From: Macrostomum lignano
Taxonomy: Eukaryota
Assembly: GCA_002269645.1 (NCBI GenBank)
Contig: NIVC01000031.1
Span: forward strand, 1,240,001 to 1,304,000
DNA length: 64,000 bases
Reading direction: 5' to 3'
The notes below the pieces were generated by a model. That model was given only the letters and a program-made list of their open reading frames with translations. It was not told the origin of the DNA and did no database searches. Positions 24,848 through 49,300 of this stretch are shown here, in pieces; the first letter of the stretch is position 1; the number at the start of each line of letters is the position of its first letter. The position numbers were made by a program, and so were the translations under genes.

Positions 24848-25529
24848 CTATAAAAAATTGTATGGGGGTATTCATATTTCTACGAATGGCTTTGCTAATC
24901 TTTCAGTTTATTTAAACAAAAAATTAATACAGGCTTATTGATTACTTACAACTTTGGATGCCATTTAGGAACATTAAAATCACTATTGCTTTCAGTGATT
25001 TTAAAGTTTTAAACCTGGCGTTCGACATTTTGTTAGATCCTTGTGGGTATTCAGTGTGTAAGTCGACTCTATTGTAAAGTTTCAAAGAAACTGCAGCAGA
25101 TTTCAGCTAGAATTTAAATCAATCCGCGCGAGTTGTTTGAAACCAAACATACTGCGAACGATCATGTTCCAGAAGCTTGTGAAAACATGCTCTTCCTGTC
25201 TGTGCAGGTTAAACATCGACTAGGTTAGTCATCTGTGAGCAGAAGTAAGACATGTGACGATCAATTTTTTGTTGCAACTTCTTCAAGAAATATCGTCTAT
25301 CGAAAAAGAAGTTGCAGAAATAATATTGTATTACCAAAAGAAGGACAGAAGACACAATTGGTCTTCTTGTTTGCGTTGACGATCGATTGCCGAGTGAAGC
25401 AATTGTTTGTCTTACATGTATTCTTCCTGCAATCTCACGAATTTGCATTGCAGCAGCCAAAACAGCGGCTTCTAGCGAGAATCGAGAGTTTGCATTCTAA
25501 AAATATGGTTTTCGATCACATGATTTTCT

Positions 25530-26122
<593 letters not shown>

Positions 26123-26584
26123 TGATGGCGCTGTTTGTCGTTGCGATTCGCATCCATGAAGGCCGACCCCAAGGATGTGATGCATGCATGCCTGACGATT
26201 AGAGTCAGAGCTAATACCAACGATAATACGAGCCTAGAAGCATTGCATGCACTCCTCTTGCGAATGCTTTTAATGCATATTTACATTTATCAATGAAGAT
26301 CATTCGGCTGCTTCAGAGATCTAATATATGAATATGCTGAATTGTTATAAATATGCAACTTCTGCAAGTTCAGAGAACTGACAAATTCTATCATTCAATA
26401 AAATTGTTTGGTGAAGAAATGATAAGAAAGTAAATTTTGAGTGTATTTTTCTAATGCGAACGCCAAAATTTATAAATATTAGAAACTTAAAACAAACGTG
26501 TTGTCAATTTACATCATTAGCATAAACAATAACATTAGAGAGAAGTCTTTTTACTACGACGTATGAAATCAACTTAAAAAATGA

Positions 26585-29941
<3,357 letters not shown>

Positions 29942-30836
29942 TTGATTTGCACAAAGAGGAAGTTAGCTTGGAGCTCAAATCAAAAAATTTCCAACTAGAG
30001 CTGCTGATTTCTGACTCGAAGATTCAAAGCTTAAGAAATTTTATATTCGGCCTCCCTTTGGAATGTTAGATTGTAGTAAATGTACACAATCTGAAAAAAT
30101 ACACAGCACATTAGTTTTTTTATAAACAATAATTAAAAATGTGCAGAACTTTTTTGTATTACTTGAATACGTTTTTGTTCACTAAACTGTCTTTAAACGA
30201 ATATCCTTTGTTTTAGTTTTATACGTTAGAACATTAAACTTTGTTTTCCAGGAAAATGAGAATTTAACTCCAAGCCAGTGCTAGGCCTACTCCGCCTACC
30301 CTATCTATCAGTCTGTGTAAGCGCTTGTTGTTCAGTCGAAAAATTGTTCTAGGACTAAATTAAACTTAACTTTAACCAACGTTGTTAAAATATCAAAACT
30401 GGTAAAGTTTTCATTTCATTTTTTCATATTTTTCTGCAAATAATAGGCCTACTCTTCTGTATTCAATTTAACTTACAAGAATGGTTTCCTCTTCTACTTC
30501 TGATTGTTATTAGCTGCGTCACCTACGTTCAAATTAACTAATATTCATTTGTAATCAATGGCAACTAAAGATTCAAAGTATCGTTGGAACGTTCTAAAGG
30601 CAGATATCACTTCAAAAGAGGCATCTTCTCTGCTTCTTACTCTGCAGCCCAGCAGCCAGGTCAGTTATACTGTTTATAAAAATTTAATGTATCATGAATG
30701 AAGCCTTGTATGCTAGCTAGGTAATTTTTATTTTAGATTTGTGAACCTAGGTTCTTACTATATGTCTAGGGGCCTAGCTTAAGACTAAGTACAAATTCAT
30801 GCTAATTTTTGGTGTAAGCCTAAGAACCATAGTCTA

Positions 30837-32362
30837 GATCATGCTGGGTGCATGCCCAAGCAAAAATTGAAAAAGTACAAATGCAGGCCTAAAAAAATTA
30901 GTGCATGCCCATTCTCAAAAATATGCTAGTGTTGCGACAATAAATGACCTTTTTTATATTGTGACAATAATTCAATAAACAACCTTTTTTAAATTGCATA
31001 ATAGACCCTAATTAGCAGATAATTTGGTTCATTTTTATACTTTTTCAGCGATACTTATTAGCAGAAAATTGATACATGCCAAGATTTGTTTAAATGCTTT
31101 TCATGAGCTTAAAAACTGGAAAACTTAAAATTTATGCTTAGAAATTAACTTTTTTATCTTTTTTCTACTTTACAACAACTCTTATGCATGATTCTATAAA
31201 GTGCATGCCAGGTATGTACGAATACTATTTTCTCAGGAGTGATACATGTGAGGTAGGGGCGGAGAAAAGAAAATTTTTGGACAGGTTGGTTTTCTAAACT
31301 TTTGAACTACCGCCTTCATGATCTTGGCACTCGTAGAGCCAGAAAATTTTGCAGAAATATTCGGACACTTTTCTCCTTTGATACTCCAACTGCCAGGTTC
31401 CTCAAGTCTGGGGGGAGGGTATTGTAATCGTAGCAGAGCGGTCGTTAGAGTAGTATAGTCGTTCAGATGGTGGATACCGGTCAGTACCAGAGCTTTTGAT
31501 ACTATAGAATTTATGCCTTGAAATTGCTGAACTGCTTACTTTCAGTAGGGTAGAGCTGCCAACACCGTAATTTATGTATTATGGAATGTTGAAGTCTCAG
31601 ACTTTCTTTGAGTTGAGAACTTGGTTATTTTATGCCCCACGGGCAAATGACTTAATATAGACTAACAAGGCTTCAATTAATGGATGAAAAGTAAATTAAG
31701 TAGCAAATTAATGTTTTATTATGTTTAATGGCAAAATAATAATGTTGAAGTAATTGTTATCAAGGTGACAGAGAGCAAATTGCGAGCCAGGGTGCTAAGA
31801 TAATTTATAAGATTGCAAACTTAATTAACAAACAAAACTTGATAATAATAGCACGAAAATAAAAGGAGAAACAAACGAGAGGCAAAAAGAAAAGCAGAGG
31901 GAAAAGGGAGGGAAGGGAAGACATGAGTGAATGCTACAATTTTGCATGAATTAAATATTAAACAAAATAAATTGGGATATCAACTAGGATACATGAGGCC
32001 AACACTAGGGCCAAATCGGAAACCACTAGTGGCATATCAAATGGGCAAAACAAAAAGAATTAACAAAATTAAGCAAAAGTAAATTAGAGCACAGGGGTGG
32101 CACAACAAAAGGACCACAAACGGGAAAAGGGCAGACCACATGAGGGCACAACAGTGGGACTAGCCAAAGGGGCAAACCTAGGAATGGGAGATGGCGGAAA
32201 CTACATCATTGTCACCTCATGGTGGACCAAAGGGACCAAACCTGGGGACAAACAAAAAAACACCATGGTAGCCCCACCTACCACACATGCCAGCTGTGCA
32301 TGCCTAATTTTGGTGTGCAAGGCCAATGCACACCTAAATTTTTGGTTGTATACTATATGATC
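30837..32362 (-). mobile_element. Non-autonomous DNA-transposon-like element, long copy; its termini match the 57.5-kb copy in inverted orientation
   Basis: 30837-30960 is the reverse complement of about 57860-57975, and 32285-32362 is the reverse complement of about 57515-57600. The ends are imperfect inverted GATCAT...ATGATC. No transposase ORF was seen. Confidence 0.65.
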
Positions 32363-33683
32363 TTAATATAGTTATAAGACTTAATATGATATGAGATTTG
32401 ATTGAGATTTTAAGATATTTAATTTAGATAAGACAAAGCTAAAAACTAAAAAAACAGTTTTCTTTATAAAGATTTTTATATATTCAAAAACAAACAAACT
32501 TTATGCACTTTTATTAAAAATTACAACCTTTAATTTGTAAAAAGCACAAATTTTTAGGTATATTATTTTTCAAACATGGTTAAATCCTAAATCCCTTAAT
32601 ATGGATGACACTATAATGAGTTGTTATTTGGAACAAATTTGATTCATATTGAATTCAATGCAATTAAATTGACATCTAGGTAATCTATGCTATATTCAGA
32701 AGATTGGTAGGCCTATTCAACCTAGGGCTCTTTATTTTTACTTTATTTTATATCTCAGATTTTTGGCACTTTTTAAAATCAAGATTCAATTGAGATTTGA
32801 TAGAGAAAAAATTCAAAATCTCAAATATTGATTCAAGATTGAAGTCTTATCCAATCTCTAAAAATCGGGCAATCTTCTAGTTTTGCATGTTTGTTTTTTG
32901 AAATTTTAATATTTAAGTTTAACAACCAAGAAACAATAGAAAGTTTTTAAAACTAGTTTTGACTATTTAAACAAGAAAGACTACTTAGAAATTATAGTAA
33001 TGTATTATCTAAAAGGATATTGCCAAAGGTATTGCGCAGGTGGCAATGATGCCACAGAAACTTGTCCAAATGGGTGTCAAATAGTTAAGAGTTTGACAAA
33101 AGTTTCAAAAAGTTTGACAAAAAGGAAACTAGATTCCCACAAATTTGGAAGGATGGGGTTGGCATTTGGTCTGGGTGAATTTCATCGGATAGGAAGTAAA
33201 GATGCATTCCTATTCGTTGAGGGCTGCTAAAGGGAATAATGCTAGATAATAAATACCATGTGGCTCCACCAGTGAGCAGTGAGTAATAGCAATTTATCTA
33301 GAATGAATTCATTTAACTATATATCAATTAGTTCTACTGGCAATTTGTTAACTAAACTTTGTCTCTGTCTACTGATGAGTAGTGAGGTGGCATATTATTG
33401 ACTGAAATATTTGTATTTGGTAAAAATTTATGTCTTTTTGGTTAATAACCCAAAAGTATGACTACAGACCTTAAATCGTATATTCCTAAATAATCCATTC
33501 ACAGAAGTCGGTGACTGTGAGGCTGGACTCAGCTGGTCTCGATCAACTCATTAGCCAGCTTCGCAACGCTGAACAGCGAGTTCAGAGCATTGCTGGCAAT
33601 CTGCAGCAGTGAAACTTTTTGTCCTTAACTGTCTTCTGGTTTATTGTAGTTGTTAATTCTTGCTTGCTTTTTGTTAACCAACA

Positions 33684-40683
<7,000 letters not shown>

Positions 40684-40844
40684 CTTCTGTTATCGGTAGT
40701 TAATTAGCGGCTTAAGCACTGGTCAAATCGGATTTTTATAACCTGCAATTTTCTGACGGCTGAATGTTCTTATAAAGTTCTGACTGTTAAAGTGTGCCGG
40801 TTACTGCTTATTATTAACTTTCCCGTTTCAATTCTCGTTTGAAG

Positions 40845-41490
40845 AGTCCCGATTTTCTACTGAGGAGTCCCGATTCTTCATTGATGAGCCCCGATTCTTC
40901 ATTGAGGGGTCCCAATTCTTCATTGAGGGGTCCCAATTCTTCATTGAGGGGTCCCAATTCTTTTTGAGTAGTCCTGATTCTTTACTGGGAAGTCCCGATT
41001 CTTTACTGAACAGTCCCGATTCTTTACTGAACAGTCCCGATTCTTTACTGAACAGTCCCGATTCTTCATTGAGGGGTCCCAATTCTTCATTGAGGGGTCC
41101 CAATTCTTCATTGAGGAGTTCCGATTCTTCATTGAGGAGTCCCGATTTTTCATTGAGGAGCCCCGATTCTTCATTGAGAAGTCCCGATTCTTCATTGAGG
41201 AGTCCCGATTCTTCATTGAGGAGTCCCAATTCTTCATTGAGGAGCCCCGATTCTTCATTAAGGGGTCCTGGTTCTTCATTGAGAAGGAGATTCTTCATTG
41301 AGGAGTCCCGATTTTTCATTGAGGAGAAGATTCTTCATTGAGGGGTCCTGGTTCTTCATTGAGAAGGAGATTCTTCATTGAGGGGTCCTGGTTCTTCATT
41401 GAGAAGGAGATTCTTCATTGAGGGGTCCTGGTTTTTCATTGAGAAGGAGATTCTTCATTGAGGAGTCCCGATTTTTCAATGAGGAGGAGA
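40845..41490. repeat. 21-bp minisatellite (TTCTTCATTGAGGAGTCCCGA) downstream of EXOC6
   Basis: Directly visible; it explains the EESGLLN and SPDSSLR pseudo-ORFs. Confidence 0.94.
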
Positions 41491-42489
41491 TTCTTTCCTA
41501 TACGAAGTCCTGAGGAGTCGGGGTCTTTACCAGCGGGTCCCAAATATTTGGTATTATTCCCCAATTATTACTTAGGAGTCCAGTTATTTTTACTATTTAA
41601 TTCCATTTGAGTTTCTGAGAAGTCCTGAGGAGTCCCATTTTAATAAGATTATCTATTCAGCAATGTAATTTTCAAAGTGTGCGTTATTGCTGCAAGTCTG
41701 TGTGTTGATTACAGACACAAATTCCAGTGTTCTAATATTTGCAATTTTAATCCAGTGCCTCAAATAAACTTTAGTAAACTAATAATTAATTTCTAATTCT
41801 AATTCTATTGCTTCCACCGCAAGTACTGCCTTTCGCGCCCCTCCCTATGCCCACTTTAAAATCAAAGTCTTTATGCAGAATGTGCGTTAGTCTTTGTTTC
41901 ATTTTCTGTTAGTTTCTGCGCCAATTTTCCAAATAAATCACTACAATATTCGTCGTTGCCTACTACTGATTTCAGATTTGAGCAGTAGTGTAGTCTGGAT
42001 TTTATTATTCAGCTATGTTTGGACTGGTCAGTTGAATTTATTTATAAGGAAACAATATTTATTTTTTATTAGTACATTGGCTGTGCTTCTGGCTTTATCG
42101 CTAATCGCTACTTAATGCTTATAATTGTTATTATTAGTAAATTTGTTTTTAAAATCGATTGCTATTTTGCGTTTATTTGTTTCATTTAATTTGCTAAACA
42201 CTGACCTGTCAAACACTCAATGCCCAGGTATCAAAATTAGCTCATTAATTAATTATTGAAATCCATCGATAATTTTGTTAGTTCTAGATTTATTGCTTAA
42301 TCTATTTCATATGAGCGTAATTATTTGGACTTCTGTTAAAATATTCTTTTTCAAATGATATAATTTTGCACGATTAAAACTATGAAATTAATGCATCTCT
42401 ATTGGATAATATTGTGTTTTCTTGTTAGCCATTCTTTACAAAATATGTTATTTTTAATGCACTTTTAAGCTAGCTCAGTAAGAGCTTAC

Positions 42490-43255
42490 TCATTAGTAGG
42501 TCAGGGGTAGCTGACTCAATACTCAATAATGGGTCAGGGGTAGCTGACTCACTATTCAATACTGGGTCAGGGGTAGCTGACTTAATACTCAATAATGGGT
42601 CAGGGGTAGCTGACTCACTATTCAATACTGGGTCAGGGGTAGCTGACTCACTATTCAATACTGGGTCAGGGGTAGCTGACTCACTATTCAATAATGGGTC
42701 AGGGGTAGCTGACTCACTATTCAATACTGGGTCAGGGGTAGCTGACTCACTATTCAATACTGGGTCAGGGGTAGCTGACTCACTATTCAATACTGGGTCA
42801 GGGGTAGCTGACTCAATATTTAATACTGGGTCAGGGGTAGCTGACTCAATATTTAATACTGGGTCAGGGGTAGGTTAGCTGACTTAATACTCAATAATGG
42901 GTCAGGGGTAGCTGACTCACTATTCAATACTGGGTCAGGGGTAGCTGACTCAATATTTAATACTGGGTCAGGGGTAGCTGACTCAATATTTAATACTGGG
43001 TCAGGGGTAGCTGACTTAATACTCAATAATGGGTCAGGGGTAGCTGACTCACTATTCAATACTGGGTCAGGGGTAGCTGACTCAATACTCAATAATGGGT
43101 CAGGGGTAGCTGACTCACTATTCAATACTGGGTCAGGGGTAGCTGACTCAATTCTTAATACTGGGTCAGGGTTAGCTGACTCAATATTCAATACTGGGTC
43201 AGGGTTAGCTGACTCAATTCCTTATACTGGGTCATTAGCTGACTCAATATTCAAT
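42490..43255. repeat. 33-bp minisatellite (ACTGGGTCAGGGGTAGCTGACTCACTATTCAAT) upstream of NAT10
   Basis: Directly visible; hairpin core GTCAG-GGGTAG-CTGAC. Confidence 0.96.
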
Positions 43256-43332
43256 GCTAGTCCACAGACAGTTTACCCTATTTTAATCAAAGGCTTTCCA
43301 TTTCATGTTTTCAGCAGCTGTGCTCTGCAACA

Positions 43333-46300
43333 ATGGACAAGAAGACCAAATGGAAGAAGCTGGACCCCAGAATCAAAGCACTAATTGAAAATGGCATCCG
43401 CGACCATCATCGCAGCATGTTTGTCATTGTGGGCGATAAAGGTCGAGATCAGGTGCCAATCTTGCATCATCTTTTGTCCAAAGCGGTTGTCAAGGCCCGG
43501 CCTTCGGTGCTGTGGTGCTACAAGAAAGAATTAGGCTTCTCCACTCATCGAAAGAAACTGATGAGGCAGCTGCAGTAAGTGTGCAAGTCACGTGATCGTG
43601 TTGATAGTAGTAGTGTAACGTATTTTTATTATCATACACTTGACCTTAAATCACATGACCTGATTAATTGTATTTGATTGTAATTACTTCATATCACATG
43701 ATCTGGTTGATTTGTAGGTTAAATAATAGTTACTTTAGATCACTTGATCTGGTTGATTTGTAGGTTAAATATTAGTTACTTTAGATCACGTAATCTGGTT
43801 GATTTGTAGGTTAAATAATAGTTACTTTAGATCACGTGATCTGGTTGATTTTTTGGTTAAATAATAGCTACTTTAAGATCACGTGATCTGGTTGATTTTT
43901 TGGTTAAATAATAGTTACTTTAGATCACGTGATCCGGTTGATTGGTAGGTTAAATATTAGTTACTTTAGATCACGTGATCTGGTTGATTGGTTGCTAGGT
44001 TAAATAATAGTTACTTTAGATCACGTGATCTGGTTGATTGGTAGGTTAAATAATAGTTACTTTAAGATCACGTGATCTGGTTGATTTTTTGGTTAAATAA
44101 TAGCTACTTTAAGATCACGTGATCTGGTTGATTGGTAGGTTAAATAATAGTTACTTTAGATCACGTGATCCGGTTGATTGGTAGGTTAAATATTAGTTAC
44201 TTTAGATCACGTGATCTGGTTGATTGGTTGCTAGGTTAAATAATAGTTACTTTAAGATCACGTAATCTGGTTGATATGTAGAGTAAATAATAGTTACTTT
44301 AGCTCACGTGATCTGGTTGATTTGTAGGTTTAATAATAGTTACTTTAAATCACGTGATCTGGTTGATTGGTAGGTTTAATAATAGTTACTTTAGATCACG
44401 TGATCTGGTTGATTGGTAGGTTAAATATTAGTTACTTTAGATCACGTGATCTGGTTGATTTGTAGGTTTAATAATAGATCACGTGATCTGGTTGATTTGT
44501 AGGTTTAATAATAGTTACTTTAGATCACGTGATCCAGTTGATTGGTAGGTTAAATATTAGTTACTTTAGATCACGTGATCTGGTTGATTGGTAGGTTAAA
44601 TAATAGTTACTTTAGATCACGTGATCTGGTTGATTGGTAGGTTAAAAAATAGTTACTTTAGATCACGTGATCTGGTTGATTGGTAGGTTAAATATTAGTT
44701 ACTTTAGATCACGTGATCTGGTTGATTTGTAGGTTAAATAATAGTTACTTTAGATCAAGTGATCTGGTTGATTTGTAGGTTAAATAATAGTTACTTTAGA
44801 TCACGTGATCTGGTTGATTTGTAGGTTTAATTATAGTTACTTTAGATCACGTGATCTGGTTGATTGGTAGGTTTAATAATAGTTACTTTAGATCACGTGA
44901 TCCGTTTGATTGGTAGGTTAAATAATAGTTACTTTAGATCACGTGATCTGGTTGATTGGTAGGTTTAATAATAGTTACTTTAGATCACGTGATCTGGTTG
45001 ATTTGTAGGTTAAATAATAGTTACTTTAAGATCACGTGATCTGGTTGATGTGTAGGTTTAATATTCTAGATCACGTGACCTTGTTTGTTGATATTATAAA
45101 TTATAGTTGCTTTAAAATCACGGGATTTTGTTGATTAGTGGGTTTAATTGTAATTACTTTAGATCAAGTGACCTTGATGAAAAGTATTTTAAATTGTAAT
45201 TTAATTACATTTATATCATGTGATCTGTTGAATTTTGGTTTAAATTATAATTAGTTTTAAATCACGTGCCTTTTTATCAGTAGTTAAAGTCATAATTACT
45301 TTAGATTACGTGATTTAGTTTTTTCTAGTTCAAATTATAATTACTTTTTTCAATCACGTGACTTTAATGATAGGCAATTTAATACTACTGTTAGTACTTA
45401 ACGCATCAATATCAGTACTATATTATTTTCCTCGCAGAAAAAAGCAGAAATCTGGCAAACTCGATGTTAACGAAGACAATCCGTTCGAATTGTTTGTCTG
45501 CGCCACGGAGATTCGCTGGTGCTATTATAGCGAGACGCACAAGATCCTCGGCAACACCTTTGGCGCCTGCGTACTGCAAGACTTTGAAGCCCTGACGCCC
45601 AACACTCTGGCAAGGACTATTGAGACTGTGGAGGGCGGCGGTCTGGTTGTACTGCTGCTGCATAGCATGGACTCGCTTAGGCAGCTTGCCACCATGTCTA
45701 TGGATGTGCATGCCAGGTATGCGGACTGTCTCAGTTTCTTAGGAACTTTCTTTTCTTAGAAATAGCTCTGATTTTGCTGCTCCTTAGTAGCTCGCACTAG
45801 TAAATCATAAAATACTTTTATTGAATGCTTATCTAATTCTGTGATATACCTGTTGTCTTACTCGATTTTCTGCATTGATTTCCTTTTTTAGCGACAAACC
45901 CGCCTTCAAATGTTTTTCTAAGAAACAAAGTTTACCGACCTGGCCCTTATTTAAGTCGTCCTTGATGCCACACTGGGTTTTATCCTTCTCTCTTTCTCTC
46001 TTTTGCTTCTCTCCCTCACCCTCACCCTCTCTCGCTTCTCTCTATTCCCTCTCACTCTCTCCCGCTTCTCACCCTTTATATCTCACCCTCTCCCGCTTCT
46101 CTTCATTCCCTCACCCTCTCCCACTTCTCTCTATTCCCTCTCACTCTCTCCCGCTTCTCACCCTTTATCTCTCACTCTCACCCGCTTCTCCCCCTTCTTC
46201 TCTCACCCTCTCCCGCTTCTCCCCCTTCCTCTCTCACCCTCTCCCGCTTCTCCCCCTTCCTCTCTCACCCTCTCTCACCCTCTCCCGCTTCTCCCCCTTC

Positions 46301-49300
46301 CTCTCTCACCCTCTCCCGCTTCTCCCCCTTCCTCTCTCACCCTCTCTCACCCTCTCCCGCTTCTCCCCCTTCCTCTCTCACCCTCTCCCGCTTCTCCCCC
46401 TTCCTCTCTCACCCTCTCCCGCTTCTCCCCCTTCCTCTCTCACCCTCTCCCGCTTCTCCCCCTTCCTCTCTCACCCTCTCCCGCTTCTCCCCCTTCCTCT
46501 CTCACCCTCTCCCGCTTCTCCCCCTTCCGTCTCACCCTCTCCCGCTTCTCCCCCTTCCTCTCTCACCCTCTCCCGCTTCTCTCCTTCCCTCTCACCCTCT
46601 CCCGCTTCTAAAGCCTTACATCCCACTTTCCTATCCGCAGGTATCGCACAGAATCCCACCAGGATGTGGTTGGCCGTTTTAACGAGCGCTTCCTGCTCTC
46701 ACTGGCTAACTGCCGTCGCTGCCTTGTACTGGACGACAAATTTAACGTACTGCCGTTATCTGAGTCTACTTTAGCTACTATTAAACCCACTAGCACAGTG
46801 GCTAATCTAGATGGCCTGTCAGCCAGTGGTCGCCAGCTTAAAGAGCTGCAAGAGTCAATGCTGACTGACCCTGAGAGTGATCAACGATTCGCTAGACTGG
46901 TTGGCCTCTGCAGGACTCTGGATCAGGCTAGGACACTGCTAGCTTTTCTGGACCTGCTTAGCGACTATAATAAGTCTAATGGTAAGAATGATCGCTAACC
47001 TAAACCATGTTGTCTCACAACCTGAACCGTGTTCTCTCACAACCTGAACCGTGTTCTCTCACAACCTGAACCGTGTTCTCACTCAACCTGAACCGTGTTC
47101 TCACACAACCTAAACCATGTTCTCACTCAACCTGAACCATGTTCTCACACAACCTGAACCGTGTTCTCACCCAACCTGAACCGTGTTCTCTCACAACCTG
47201 AACCGTGTGCTCACTCAACCTAAACCGTGTTCTCACACAACCTGAACCATGTTCTCACACAACCTGAACCATGTTCTCTCACAACCTGAACCGTATTCTC
47301 ACTCAACCTGAACCGTGTTCTCACACAACCTGAACCGTGTTCTCACACAACCTGAAGCGTGTTCTCACACAACCTGAACCGTGTTCTCTCACAACCTGAA
47401 CCGTGTTCTCTCACAACCTGAACCGTGTTCTCTCACAACCTGAACCATGTTCTCTCACAACCTGAACCGTGTTCTCACACAACCTGAACCATGTTCTCTC
47501 ACAACCTGAACCATGTTCTCTCACAATCTGAACCGTGTTCTCTCACAACCTGAACCGTGTTCTCACAACCTGAACCGTGTTCTCTCACAACCTGAACCGT
47601 ATTCTCACTCAACCTGAACCATGTTCTCTCACAACCTGAACCATGTTCTCTCACAACCTGAACCATGTTCTCTCACAATCTGAACCGTGTTCTCTCACAA
47701 CCTGAACCGTGTTCTCACAACCTGAACCGTGTTCTCTCACAACCTGAACCGTATTCTCACTCAACCTGAACCATGTTCTCTCACAACCTGAACCGTGTTC
47801 TCACACAACCTGAACCGTATTCTCACTCAACCTGAACCGTGTTCTCTCACAACCTGAACCGTATTCTCACTCAACCTGAACCATGTTCTCTCACAACCTG
47901 AACCGTGTTCTTTCACCCCTATGTTCATACCCGTGTTCAGATCACAGTGCACATTCCCCTGTGCTCATACCACTTATGCTCAAGTACTGTAAATATCTGT
48001 GCTCTCCCCCTTTCCCCATAGCAACAGCCCAACAACAGCAGCAGATGCGAGTGGCCGCTCTGACAGCGTCACGCGGTCGAGGCAAATCAGCCGCCCTCGG
48101 CTTGGCAATCGCTGCCGCGGTCGGCAAAGGTGTCGCCAACGTGTGCGTGACCTCACCTGGTCCTGAAAATATCGCCACTCTGATGCAGTTCGCTGTCAAA
48201 GGCCTGCAGGCGATGGGCTGGGAGCAGCACACTGACTTTACCATAGTTGAAAGCTCAGATCCCGACAGTGCGAAATGTATCGTTAAAATCTGTCTTCGGG
48301 TTCAGCAGCATCGGTACACCATCGCCTACTTGGCGCCTTCGGCTAATTCAAAGCCAGACTCTGCCGAACTGTTGTGCATTGATGAGGCAGCCGCGATTCC
48401 CTTGGCTACCGTTCGAGCCATGATGGGCTCGCATCTGTGCTTTCTGTCCTCTACTGTCAACGGCTACGAAGGCACTGGTAGGTCGCTATCGTTGAAGCTG
48501 ATCTCGCAGCTCAGGCAGGATGCGTCTAGTCAGCTGAAGGAGATCACCTTGGATGAGTCTATTCGGTAAGCTGGATACTGGGGATGAACCTTGATTGGTT
48601 GTACTAGAATTATCATTAGAATCAGGGGGATTAGGCTAGATGGATTAGCAAGAACCAGTCATTGTTAGGCTAGAGGGATTAGAAAGATTCAATCAGGATT
48701 AGGCTGGATGGATTAGCAAGATCCAGTCATGATTAAGCTGGATGGATTAGCAAGATCCAGTCAGGATTAAGCTAGATGGATTAGCAAGATTTAGTCATTG
48801 TTAGGCTAAATAGATTAGTAAGATCCAGTCAAAATTTGGAACTATAGAAATAAAGCCGATATGTATCGCAAAATATGAAACAAGAGAAATAAAGCCCATA
48901 CTAGGGGTCAAATATTATGATTTTGAATGCCCCCCATGGAAGGCTTAGTGCGCTAGTAGGAGAATAAGGGATTACATATTAGGATTTTATATACTTGACT
49001 ATTAGTGTATTTAATATACCCTAATGACTGTCTCCCTCAGCTACGGGCCAGGCGATCCAATCGAGTCCTGGCTGAACGACCTGCTCTGCTTAGACTGCTC
49101 ATCAGTGCCGATGCTGCACTCCGGCTGCCCCAGCCCATCACAGTGCCAGCTCTACTACGTCAATCGGGACACTTTGTTTGCTTATCACAAGTTCACTGAG
49201 AACTTTCTACACCGGCTGATGTCTCTGTACGTGTCCAGTCACTATCGGAATTCGCCTAACGATTTGCAGATGCTGTCGGACGCACCTGCGCATCACATTT

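Noticed and set aside
33365-33420. Possible hammerhead ribozyme core (CTGATGAG...GAAA)
   Set aside because: No convincing stem II or stem III could be formed around the core.
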